Below are positions 49,780 through 58,753 of a stretch of DNA of 64,000 nucleotides, one piece after another (within the stretch, counting starts at the first letter, position 1; the number at the start of each line of letters is the position of its first letter). Both the position numbers and the translations under genes were made by a program. This stretch comes from an uncultured Acidobacteriota bacterium (GTDB taxonomy: Bacteria; Acidobacteriota; Vicinamibacteria; Vicinamibacterales; CAVPJW01): positions 448,789 through 512,788 of the forward strand of contig CAVPJW010000004.1 of the NCBI GenBank assembly GCA_963705525.1. The letters run 5' to 3'. The notes under the pieces are model-generated. The model did no database searches. It worked only from the letters and a program-made list of their open reading frames with translations, and had not been told where the DNA came from.

Positions 49780-51900
49780 ATGCGTATGCACGCACCGATC
49801 AAGTACGTCGAAAAAGGCGTGAGCGTAGCGGCCAACGGGGCCTGGTCCGTCTTTCAGTTCCTGAACAGTTTCAACCAGCGGCCATCGTTCATCCCGAAGT
49901 GGTCGGAGAAGCCCCTTCTGAAGTCGTACGAGAAGACCAAGCCGCCGCTCGGCTGGCCCCGCCAGACCGATTCGCTCTGTCCCGTCTGCGTGCGCGAAGC
50001 TCGTCAGGAGATTCTCGACGGCAAGAAGGATGTCAGCATCCTCCTGAACGAGAAGGTCGGCGAGATCAAGGCGACCATTCTCGAACGCGACGGCAAGATC
50101 CTGATGGTCAAGGACTGCCCGATTCACGGCCACTTCGAAGACGTCATGGCCATCGACACCGCGTTCTTCAAGCACCTCGAAGAGGTGTTCCCGGGACGCG
50201 ACATCCGCGCGCACAACGACGAGACGCTCCACAACCACGGCAGCAGCACCATCAAGCACGGACGCGGCTCGGTGCTCACCGTGGATCTGACGAACCGCTG
50301 CAACATGATGTGCGACCCCTGCTTCATGGACGCGAACCAGGTCGGGTTCGTCCACGAGCTCTCGTGGGAAGACATCCAAATGGTGCTGGACAACGCGATC
50401 AGCATCAAGCCGCGGCGCCAGATGTCGGTGCAGTTCTCCGGCGGCGAGCCGACGATCTCGCCGTATTTCCTCGACGCGGTGCGGTATGCGCGCAAGGTGG
50501 GCTACAACAGCGTGCAGGCTGCCACCAACGGCATCGAGTTCGCCAAGAGCCCTGAGTTCGCCAAGGCCGCCGCTGAGGCGGGGCTTCGCTACGCTTACCT
50601 GCAGTTCGACGGCATCGGCAACGCCGCCAATTCGCATCGCCGCGTCGGCAACCTCTTCGACGTGAAGCTGCGTGCGATCGAGAATTTGTACAACGCCGGC
50701 GTCGACATCGTGCCGGTCGTCACGATCGTCAACGGCGTGAACAACGAGCAGGTCGGTCGGATCATCGAGTTCGCGCTCGACAACCCGAAGAAGATCAACT
50801 TCCTCTCGTTCCAGCCGGTGAGCTTCACCGGCCGTGACGAGGAAATCACCGACGAGCGGCGTCACGCGCAGCGCTACACGCTGTCGCACCTCGCCCACGA
50901 CGTGAAGAACCAGACCGGTCTGGGCGAACCCACCCGCGACTGGTTCCCCATTTCCTTCATGGGCACCTTCACCGACTGGGCCGACGTCGTCCATGGACCG
51001 GACACGCAGTGGGGTCAGCTGACCTGCGGCTGCCATCCGAACTGCGGCGTCGGCATGGGTGTGATGATCGACAAGGAAACGAAGGAGGCCGTCCCCGTGA
51101 CGGCGTTCCTGAAGGCCGAGCAGCTGGCCAAGGACCTCGCGAAGGTCAACGACGCGGCCCGTGGCAAGTTCCTGTCGGTCGTGGGACTCGCCCTCGCGGT
51201 CGTCCGCAACTATGACCCGTTCAAGTCGCCGACGCACTTCAAGCTCACCGACCTCTTGAAGAAGTTCGACAAGACGTTCGGGGCGACGAAGAAGGCGCAG
51301 TCGGGTGGCTACGGCAAGGTCGAAGGCGATCGGACGGCGGACGACATCGCGAAGCGCCGCGCCGACCGCTGGAACTTCCTGTTCATCGCAGGCATGTGGT
51401 TCCAGGATCTCTTCAACTACGACTTCCGCAGGACGGAGATGTGCATCATCCCGTACGCCACGCAGCAAGGCGAGATTTCGTTCTGCGCCTACAACACGGG
51501 GATCGGGTGGCGGAACATCATCGAGAAGATGCACATGACGGCCACACTGACGAAGTGGTACGAGGAGCACGGCCGCCACGAGATCTTCGCGGGCGGCAAG
51601 AGCGTGCAGCTCGAGTCGAAGAATCATTCGCTGGCGCTCAACCCGGTCGCCGTGGCGGCGGGTGAGCAGCAGGACCTCGTCCTGGCCGGCGTCGCACGCA
51701 ACGCACGCGAGGAGAAGATCGCCGCGCGGGCGCGAACGCACGAGAAAGACCTCGAAGGCAGCCTGAAGGACGCGGCGCACCACCGCCAGATGGAGCAGCT
51801 CTACCGGCAGCATGTGCTGAAGGAGGCACCGGCCCCTCCCGTCATTCAGATTGCGGGACTCAAAGGCACGCCGAAGCCCGAGCCGACCACCGTCGGCTGA
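49780..51900 (+). CDS. tes: Radical SAM protein of the tetraether lipid synthase (Tes / GDGT-MAS, MJ0619) family
   Basis: AGGAGA lies 4 nt before the ATG. CPVC...DCPIHGH N-terminal Cys/His knuckle. TNRCNMMCDPC (CX3CX2C, nt 50299..50322). QFSGGEPT, ATNG, YLQFDG, SFQPVSFTGR, CGCHPNCG and the C-terminal CIIPYATQQGEISFCAYN. 706 aa. Confidence 0.85.
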   Translation: MRMHAPIKYVEKGVSVAANGAWSVFQFLNSFNQRPSFIPKWSEKPLLKSYEKTKPPLGWPRQTDSLCPVCVREARQEILDGKKDVSILLNEKVGEIKATILERDGKILMVKDCPIHGHFEDVMAIDTAFFKHLEEVFPGRDIRAHNDETLHNHGSSTIKHGRGSVLTVDLTNRCNMMCDPCFMDANQVGFVHELSWEDIQMVLDNAISIKPRRQMSVQFSGGEPTISPYFLDAVRYARKVGYNSVQAATNGIEFAKSPEFAKAAAEAGLRYAYLQFDGIGNAANSHRRVGNLFDVKLRAIENLYNAGVDIVPVVTIVNGVNNEQVGRIIEFALDNPKKINFLSFQPVSFTGRDEEITDERRHAQRYTLSHLAHDVKNQTGLGEPTRDWFPISFMGTFTDWADVVHGPDTQWGQLTCGCHPNCGVGMGVMIDKETKEAVPVTAFLKAEQLAKDLAKVNDAARGKFLSVVGLALAVVRNYDPFKSPTHFKLTDLLKKFDKTFGATKKAQSGGYGKVEGDRTADDIAKRRADRWNFLFIAGMWFQDLFNYDFRRTEMCIIPYATQQGEISFCAYNTGIGWRNIIEKMHMTATLTKWYEEHGRHEIFAGGKSVQLESKNHSLALNPVAVAAGEQQDLVLAGVARNAREEKIAARARTHEKDLEGSLKDAAHHRQMEQLYRQHVLKEAPAPPVIQIAGLKGTPKPEPTTVG

Positions 51901-51925
51901 TTCAGGTCCCATCAAGAAACAGAAA

Positions 51926-51956
51926 GGGCGGGTGGATGTCCACCCGCCCTTTTTTA
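51926..51956. terminator. Rho-independent terminator between convergent genes
   Basis: GGGCGGGTGG ATGT CCACCCGCCC followed by TTTTTT. Perfect 10-bp GC stem. Confidence 0.8.
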
Positions 51957-51984
51957 TTGGGTACCGTGAGGGCCCGGAGAATCG

Positions 51985-52644
51985 TCAGCGTCGCGTGCGT
52001 GGCGCGGGACCCGGGCGATATTCGACGCGGACGTTGCTGATCACCGCAATCGGTCGGCCGGGAGCCGAATACGTCGAGTCGCCATCCAGCCGCCCCACTG
52101 CGAGCTTCTCACCCAGGATCGACACCTCGTTCTCGACCTGCGGAATCGTGATCGTGACGCGCTCGGTTCCAGTCGGTGCGACGGCCTTGAACCCGCCCGG
52201 AAGCGCACCTCCAAGGATGCGGTCGACGAGATCCGTGGCCTTCCTGAACTCGCTTTGCACCACGGCGCGCTCAATCAGCGTATTGTCCATAGCCAGGACG
52301 CCGATCGTGGCGGTGTAGCGAGCGTACGCCTGATTGGTCCGGACTTCGGTTTCCGAGTAGGTGTGGCGGTTGTGAAGATCGAAGAACAGCTTCGTCGTGC
52401 CGCGATGGGGTGGAAGCTTGATGAGAACGCCCGCCTTGGGATCCGCGCCGGTAAGGATGTCGCAGAACGACCGCTTGGTGGACGCGCCGATTCCCAGCAC
52501 AGAAGGGCATATCATGTCGGCGGCGACGGTCTTGACGCTGGTCGTGGGGGTGGTGGCCTTTGTTGGTGGGCGTTTCTTCGTCTGCGCATCGGCAAACGAC
52601 GCGCACGCCACGACCAGAGCGACCGCAAGCGAGCAGGCGCGCAT
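51985..52644 (-). CDS. Hypothetical exported protein
   Basis: Signal peptide MRACSLAVALVVACASFADAQ. 219 aa with coding-like codon bias. No family recognised. Confidence 0.6.
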   Translation of the reverse strand: MRACSLAVALVVACASFADAQTKKRPPTKATTPTTSVKTVAADMICPSVLGIGASTKRSFCDILTGADPKAGVLIKLPPHRGTTKLFFDLHNRHTYSETEVRTNQAYARYTATIGVLAMDNTLIERAVVQSEFRKATDLVDRILGGALPGGFKAVAPTGTERVTITIPQVENEVSILGEKLAVGRLDGDSTYSAPGRPIAVISNVRVEYRPGPAPRTRR

Positions 52645-52709
52645 GCGCTCAGTATAACCGCCGCGTCGACGATGATGTAGCTGCAGAGAAAGATGAGGCG
52701 ATCAACGCG

Positions 52710-53315
52710 TCAGACGTCGGCGAGGCAGGCGACGGCATCCTTCGCCGATTCCATCGGAGGGGTGACGCTTCGGAGCCTCACGAGCTCGAGGAACTCCATT
52801 CGCGTTCTCGCATTGTCGCGGAACGCTCCGAGCATCGTGCTCGTCACGGCGAACGAGTTCTGCTTTTCCACGCCGCGCATGGACATGCAGAGGTGCGTGG
52901 CTTCCATCACGACGGCAACCCCCAGCGGCGCGACCTTCTCGCTGATGGTCTCGGCGATTTGGGCGGTCAGCCGCTCCTGAATCTGCAACCGCCGGCTGAA
53001 GATCTCGACGAGCCGGGGAATCTTGCTGAGGCCGATGACGCGATCGCGCGGGATGTAGGCCACGTGACACTTACCGAAGAACGGCAGCAGATGATGTTCA
53101 CAGAGGCTGTAGAAGTCGATGTCCTTTACGATCACCATCTCGCTATAATCGACCGTGAAGAGCGCGCCGTTCAGCACCTGATCGACGTCCATGTCGTAGC
53201 CGCTCGTGAGGAACCGGAGCGAGCGCTCGACGCGGGCCGGCGTATTGACGAGCCCTTCCCTCTCTGGATCCTCGCCAAGCTCGACGAGCATCTGTCTGAT
53301 GAGTTCCTTCATCAT
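52710..53315 (-). CDS. folE: GTP cyclohydrolase I
   Basis: [11 protein letters not shown] and [18 protein letters not shown] motifs. Confidence 0.95.
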   Translation of the reverse strand: MMKELIRQMLVELGEDPEREGLVNTPARVERSLRFLTSGYDMDVDQVLNGALFTVDYSEMVIVKDIDFYSLCEHHLLPFFGKCHVAYIPRDRVIGLSKIPRLVEIFSRRLQIQERLTAQIAETISEKVAPLGVAVVMEATHLCMSMRGVEKQNSFAVTSTMLGAFRDNARTRMEFLELVRLRSVTPPMESAKDAVACLADV

Positions 53316-53337
53316 CGGGTCATTTTACCTCACATGG

Positions 53338-54099
53338 ATGCTGTCCTTTTCGGGCAGGAGTGCACCAGGCACGGCCTGCGGTGCGGTCGTTTCAGTGGCG
53401 GCGCCACAGACGACTGCCAGCGTGCCGTCACCTGCGAACGACGATCCCGATACGCTCTATGCGCATCGCGCGGATCCGGCGAGCGCCGCACGCGCAGCCG
53501 ACATCTGGACCGCGGCAATTACACGGAATCCCAAGGACTTCGAAGCGGCCTGGAAACTCGCACGCGCCCGGTATTGGCTTGGCAGTCACGTCGCGCCCGA
53601 TCAGCAGAAGCGGACGCTCGAATCCGGGATCGACGCAGCCCGCCTGGCGATCGCGGCCCAGCCGTCGAGGCCCGAAGGACACTTCTGGCTGGCGGCGAAC
53701 ATGGGCGCACTGGCTGAGTCGTTCGGTCTGCGCCAGGGCATCAAGTACCGCGGTCAGATTCGAGAGGCGCTCGAAACAGTGCTGAAGATCGACCCGGCGT
53801 TTCAAAAAGGTTCCGCCGACCGCGCACTGGGCAGATGGTACTTCAAGGTGCCGGGACTCTTCGGCGGCAGCAACAAGAAATCAGAAGAGCACCTGCGACG
53901 CTCGTTGACCTACGATCCCCACAGCACGGCCTCGAGGTATTTTCTCGCGGAGACCCTGTACGACATGAATCGAAACGCCGAGGCGCGGGCAGAGCTGCAG
54001 AAGGTGATCGACGCACCGCTCGATCCTGACTGGACACCGGAGGATCAGGAGTTCAAGCAGAAGGCGAAGGTGATGCTGGAAAAGATCGGGAAGAAATAG
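53338..54099 (+). CDS. TPR-like helical repeat protein (possibly TatT-like family)
   Basis: All-helical repeat sequence with ...ADRALGRWYFKVPGLFGGSNKKSEEHLRRSL... The start is uncertain, since the ORF-track start overlaps folE. Confidence 0.6.
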   Translation: MLSFSGRSAPGTACGAVVSVAAPQTTASVPSPANDDPDTLYAHRADPASAARAADIWTAAITRNPKDFEAAWKLARARYWLGSHVAPDQQKRTLESGIDAARLAIAAQPSRPEGHFWLAANMGALAESFGLRQGIKYRGQIREALETVLKIDPAFQKGSADRALGRWYFKVPGLFGGSNKKSEEHLRRSLTYDPHSTASRYFLAETLYDMNRNAEARAELQKVIDAPLDPDWTPEDQEFKQKAKVMLEKIGKK

Positions 54100-54102
54100 C
54101 GA

Positions 54103-54195
54103 AGTTCTTAGTGCTCAGTTCTTTGTGCTTAGGGTGCCAAAGAACGAAGCAATGAGCAGCGCACCAAGAACTGAGCACCAAGCACTAAGAACTAC
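54103..54195. repeat. Periodic hairpin of heptads between convergent genes
   Basis: AGTTCTT AGTGCTC AGTTCTT TGTGCTT AGGGTGC ... GCACCAA GAACTGA GCACCAA GCACTAA GAACTAC. The outer 13 bp, AGTTCTTAGTGCT / AGCACTAAGAACT, are perfectly complementary. Confidence 0.88.
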
Positions 54196-55043
54196 TGGTA
54201 TTCATAAAACCCCCTTCCACTCTTCTTCCCCAGCCTGCCGGCCAGCACCATTCGCTTGAGGAGCGGCGGCGGTGCATAGGCAGGCTCGCGAAACTCTTCG
54301 AACATGATGTTGGCGATGTAGTACGTCGTGTCGAGGCCGACGAAATCGAGCAGCGTGAACGGTCCCATCGGATAGCCACATCCGAGCTTCATGCCCTTGT
54401 CGATGTCCTCGAGCGAGCCGAGCCCATACTCGTAGGCGCGGACCGCCTCGAGCAGATACGGCACCAGCAGTCGATTCACGATGAAACCCGGGCGATCCGG
54501 CGCGGTGATCGGCTCCTTCCCCAGCGACTGCGCAAACGCAAAGACGACCTTGTAGGTCTCGTCGCTGGTCGTCAGGGCGCGGATGACCTCGACGAGCTTC
54601 ATGAGCGGCACCGGGTTGAAGAAGTGCAGCCCCGCGAATCGATCGGGCCGCTTCGTCGCCGCCGCCAGCTCGGTAATGCAGAGCGACGAGGTATTGGAGA
54701 CGATGATGGTGCCGGGCTTGACGGCGGCTTCGAGCGCCGCGTAGGTGCGCCTCTTCTCGTCGAGGTTTTCGACGATCGCCTCGATGACGATGTCGCAGTC
54801 CTTCATTGCGGCAAAGTCCGTGACCCCTGAAAGGTTGGCCAGCGTATGCTCGCGAACCTCGCTCGCGACTTTCCCTCGCGCGACGCCGTCGCTCAGGAAC
54901 TTGTCGATGCGGCCCAGCCCCTTCTTCAACACCGCATCATCCACTTCGCGGACGATGGTCTTGTAGCCAGCCTGAGCCGACACCTGGGCGATGCCGGCGC
55001 CCATCAATCCGCAGCCCAGTACTCCGACGGTTTTGATTTCCAT
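54192..55043 (-). CDS. hbd: 3-hydroxybutyryl-CoA dehydrogenase
   Basis: VGVLGCGLMGAGIAQV, HFFNPVPLMKLVEV and GFIVNRLL blocks. Confidence 0.93.
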   Translation of the reverse strand: MEIKTVGVLGCGLMGAGIAQVSAQAGYKTIVREVDDAVLKKGLGRIDKFLSDGVARGKVASEVREHTLANLSGVTDFAAMKDCDIVIEAIVENLDEKRRTYAALEAAVKPGTIIVSNTSSLCITELAAATKRPDRFAGLHFFNPVPLMKLVEVIRALTTSDETYKVVFAFAQSLGKEPITAPDRPGFIVNRLLVPYLLEAVRAYEYGLGSLEDIDKGMKLGCGYPMGPFTLLDFVGLDTTYYIANIMFEEFREPAYAPPPLLKRMVLAGRLGKKSGRGFYEYQ

Positions 55044-55051
55044 ATCAACTC

Positions 55052-55065
55052 CTGTCGATCGACAG
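55052..55065. promoter_or_regulatory. Perfect 14-bp palindrome abutting the hbd Shine-Dalgarno sequence
   Basis: CTGTCGATCGACAG. On the minus-strand mRNA it reads CTGTCGATCGACAGGAGTTGATATG, so the AGGAG overlaps the last 2 nt of the palindrome. Confidence 0.45.
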
Positions 55066-55172
55066 TTTCAGAGTTGAAGGGTTGAAGAGTTCTACAGTTA
55101 CAGACCGTAGAGAGTCCGATCTGAAACCCTGACTGAATCTTCAACTCTTTAGACTCTTGAGCTCTTCAACTT
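55064..55172. repeat. Periodic hairpin of octads (AGTTGAAG type and complement)
   Basis: AGTTTCAG AGTTGAAG GGTTGAAG AGTTCTAC AGTTACAG ... CTGAAACC CTGACTGA ATCTTCAA CTCTTTAGA CTCTTGAG CTCTTCAA CT. Lies between the thiolase stop and the hbd start. Confidence 0.85.
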
Positions 55173-56365
55173 TCACTTTTCGACATCGATGAGCGCCGCG
55201 ATTCCCTGTCCTCCGCCAATGCAGGCCGTGGCGATGCCACGACGCCTACCCCGCCGGCGAAGTTCGAGAAGCAGCGTCAGGATCAGACGCGTACCGGTCA
55301 TGCCGAGCGGGTGACCGAGCGCGATGGCGCCGCCGTTGACGTTCACCTTGTCGCGATCGAGGCCGAGCTCCTTCTCGACCGCGAGGTACTGCGCCGCAAA
55401 GGCCTCGTTGACCTCGATGAGATCGATGTCGTCGAGCGACAGCCCCGCGCGTTCCAGCAACCTTCGAGTGGCCGGCGCGGGACCCATACCCATTAGAGAC
55501 GGCTCGACGCCGACGACGGCCCAGCCGGTCAAGCGACCGAGCGGCTTCAGCCCTCGCCGTTCAACCGCCTTGGCGGACGCGAGCAGAAGCGCCGCGCCGC
55601 CATCGACGATGCCGCTGGCGTTGCCTGCGGTCACGCCGCCTTCCTTGGAAAATGCCGGCGGCAGCTTCGCGAGCGTCTCGAGGGTCGTGTCCGGGCGCAG
55701 ATGATCGTCCCGGGAAAATACGTCCACGCCTTTCCTGGTCTTGATCTCAACCGCGACGACCTCTTCGGCGAGCCGTCCTTCATTCCAGGCGCGCGCGGCG
55801 AGCTGCTGGCTCCGAAGCGCATAGCAGTCCTGCTCCTCGACGCGAGATGCCGTACTTCGCCGCGCAGTTCTCGGCGGTGCCCGCCATCGTGCAACCCGCA
55901 CTGCGTGTCGAGCAGACCCTCCCAGAGCGTGTCTTCGAGCTTGCCCTGTCCCAGCCGGAGGCCGCCCCGCAGTCCGCGAATGACGTGCGGCGCCTGACTC
56001 ATGCTCTCCATGCCGCCGGCGAGCACGATCTCCGCCTCGCCGAGCAGGATCATCTGTGCACCGCTCACCGCGGCTTGAATGCCCGATCCGCACAGCCGAT
56101 TCACCGTGAGGGCCGGCACCTCGATCGGCAGCCCCGCTTTGAGCGCGACATGACGGGCGCCGTAGAGGGCGTCGGGACTCGTCTGCAGGACGTTGCCGAA
56201 GACGACGTGATCGACCCATTCAGGCTCCACACCGGTCCGTGCGAGGGCGCCGCGCGAGGCGATGGCTCCCAGCTCGATCGCCGACACATCCTTGAGCGCG
56301 CCGACGTACGACGCCATCGGCGTCCTGGCGCCCCCCACGATGAACACATCCTGAGACATGGACAT
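55173..56365 (-). pseudogene. Acetyl-CoA C-acyltransferase (thiolase), two frameshifts (about 55839-55841 and 55888-55891)
   Basis: Three frames read MSMSQDVFIVGGARTPM...[10 protein letters not shown]...DTQCGL / [15 protein letters not shown] / [12 protein letters not shown]...[17 protein letters not shown]...CIGGGQGIA. Each junction is fixed by removing one base. Confidence 0.85.
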
Positions 56366-56393
56366 GGCTCCCTTGCTTCCGCCTTCCGATGGA

Positions 56394-57463
56394 TCAGCCT
56401 GCCGTCTTCCGGGCGTCCCGAATCGACCTGGCGATGCCGTCGCCCGTTTCGGTCGTGCCGAGACGGCCGCCGGCGTCGGCCGTGACACGGCCAGACAGCA
56501 CAGCGTCCTTGACAGCGTGCTCGACCGCCGCGGCTTCCGTTCCGAGGCCAAGGAACTCCAGCATCAGAGCCGCCGACAGGATGGCGCCAATCGGATTCGC
56601 CACGTTCTTGCCGGCAAACTTCGGCGCCGATCCGTGCACGGGCTCGAACATCGACGTGCGTCCCGGATGCAGGTTGCCGGACGCCGCCATGCCCAGCCCG
56701 CCCTGAAGCGGCGCGCCCAGATCCGTGATGATGTCGCCGAACAGATTGTTCGTGACGATGACCTCGAACTGCGACGGGATCCTTCACCAGGAACATCGCA
56801 AGCGCGTCGATGTAGACGTGCGTCGCGGCGATGTCCGGATACTCGGCTGACACTTCCTTGAACACGCGCTGCCAGAGCGCGTGGCCCTGCGGCCATGGCG
56901 TTGCTCTTGTCGGCCATGCACACCTTGCGTCGGCCCGTCTGTCGCGCGAACTCGAAGGCGTGCCGGACGATGCGATGCACACCCTTGTAGGTGTTCACCT
57001 CTTCCTGGATCGCGATCTCGTCGTCGGTTCCCGCCTTGAAGCGGCCGCCGATGCCGACATAGAGGCCCTCGGTGTTCTCGCGGAACACGACGAAGTTGAC
57101 GTCCTCGGGGCGCGCGACCCTTGAGCGGACACAGGCGCTCGTCGAGCAGGCGCACGGGACGGTAGTTGACGTACAGATCGAGCTCGAAGCGCGTGCCGAG
57201 CAGGATGTCGCGCGCGTGCCGCTTGTCGGGCACGCGCGGATCGCCGAGCGCGCCGATGAAGATCGCGTCGAATTCGTCGCGCAGCATGGCGTAGCCGTTG
57301 GGCGGCAGCGTGATGCCGGTCTGCAGGTAGTGGTCCGCGCCCACGGCAGCAAGTCGAGATCGAACGAGCGGCCGAACACGTCGCCGACGGCCCGGAGGAC
57401 CTTGACGGCTTCCGCCGTGACGTCCTTGCCGATCCCGTCACCGGGGATGACGGCGATTCGCAT
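56394..57463 (-). pseudogene. Tartrate dehydrogenase / 3-isopropylmalate dehydrogenase family enzyme, four frameshifts
   Basis: Segments [15 protein letters not shown]...LLPW / GADHYLQTG...CPLKGRAP / [16 protein letters not shown]...DKSNAM / GHALWQRVF...LVKDP / [19 protein letters not shown]...[19 protein letters not shown] lie in alternating frames. Junctions are near 57344, 57108, 56888 and 56775. Confidence 0.85.
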
Positions 57464-57500
57464 GATTAGTCGGCCGTACGAAACATCACGCCTTGAACCG

Positions 57501-58706
57501 TCAGACACGCTCGATCGCCAGCGCCATGCCCATCCCGCCGCTGACGCAGAGCGTCGCGAGCCCGCGACGCGCTGACGCCGCTCGAGCTCGTGCAGGAGCG
57601 TGACGACGATGCGGGCGCCGGTGCAGCCGATCGGATGGCCGAGCGCGATGGCGCCGCCGTTCACGTTCAGCCGCTCGGGCGCAATCGGCACGTCGCGGAG
57701 CACCGCGAGCACCTGCGGTGCAAACGCTTCGTTCAGCTCGACCAGATCGAAGTCGTCGAGGCCGAGCTGCGATCGCTCGAACAGCTTTCGCATCGCCGGC
57801 ACAGGACCGATCCCCATGATGCGCGGGTCGACGCCGGCGCTCGCCCAGCCAAGAATGCGCGCGCGCGGCGTCAGCCCGCGCGCGACCGCCGCGCTGCGGC
57901 TCGCCAGAACGACCGCCGCGCCGCCGTCGGTGATGCCCGAGGACGATCCCCGCCGTGATGATGCCGGGCTGTCCCTCGACATCGCCGAAGACGGGCGGAA
58001 GCTTCCGCAGGCTCTCGATCGTCGTATCGGGCCGCGGGTGCTCGTCGCGCTCCACCACGGTCGGCCTGCCCTTGGCGTCGGCGACCGTGACCGGCGCGAT
58101 CTCGCGGGCGAATCGACCCTCCGCGGCTGCGCGAGCCGCACGCCGCTGACTCTCGAGCGCATACGCATCGGACTCCTCGCGCGTGATGCCGTATTGACGC
58201 GCCAGCACCTCGGCGGTCTCGCCCATGATCAGTCCGGACAGCGGACAGTGGAATCCGTCGCGGTACATCGCGTCCACGAGCGGGAAGTTGCCCATCCGTG
58301 GCCCCACCGCGCGTCCTCGGAATCGAGCAGATACGGCATGCGGCTCATCGACTCGATGCCGCCGGCCAGCACGAATGTCGATTCGCCCAGCTGGATCTGT
58401 TGAGCGCCTGACACGATCGCCTGCAGGCTCGACGCGCAGGCCTTGTTGATCGTCTGGGCAGGAACCGAGACTGGAATGCCGGCGCGATGACCGACCTGCC
58501 GCGCGGGATTGGGACCGGAGCCCGCCTGGCGCCCGTGACCAATCAGAATGTCGTCGAGATCGGTCTCCCTCGAGGCGGGATCGCTCGAGAGCGGCCCGCG
58601 CCGCCACCGCGCCGAGCTCGGCGGGATGGACCGCGCGAAAGGCGCCGCCATATCGCCCGATCGGCGTTCGAGCAGCGCCCAGGATCACGACCTCAGGATG
58701 TGCCAT
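57501..58706 (-). pseudogene. Acetyl-CoA C-acyltransferase (thiolase), four frameshifts
   Basis: Segments MAHPEVVILGAARTPIGRYGG...AALERS / DPASRETDLDDILIG...INKACASSLQA...DARWG / PRMGNFPLVD...GIITAG / [11 protein letters not shown]...[17 protein letters not shown]...LHELERR / [23 protein letters not shown]. Junctions are near 58585, 58303, 57945 and 57573. Confidence 0.85.
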
Positions 58707-58753
58707 GACGGATGACGATCGCCGGCAGGCGCGAACAGTGACCTCGGAACGGT

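Noticed and set aside
49768-51915. 715-aa minus-strand ORF exactly opposite the Tes-like gene
   Set aside because: Shadow ORF. The plus strand carries the complete radical-SAM motif series, an SD sequence and a terminator, and the minus-strand translation has no recognisable features.
55173-58706. Programmed ribosomal frameshifting or deliberate gene splitting as the explanation for the multiple frame changes
   Set aside because: There are ten shifts of mixed direction in three ordinary metabolic genes. None has a slippery heptamer with a downstream structure, and several sit in short homopolymers. Recoding is implausible, and error or decay is far more likely.
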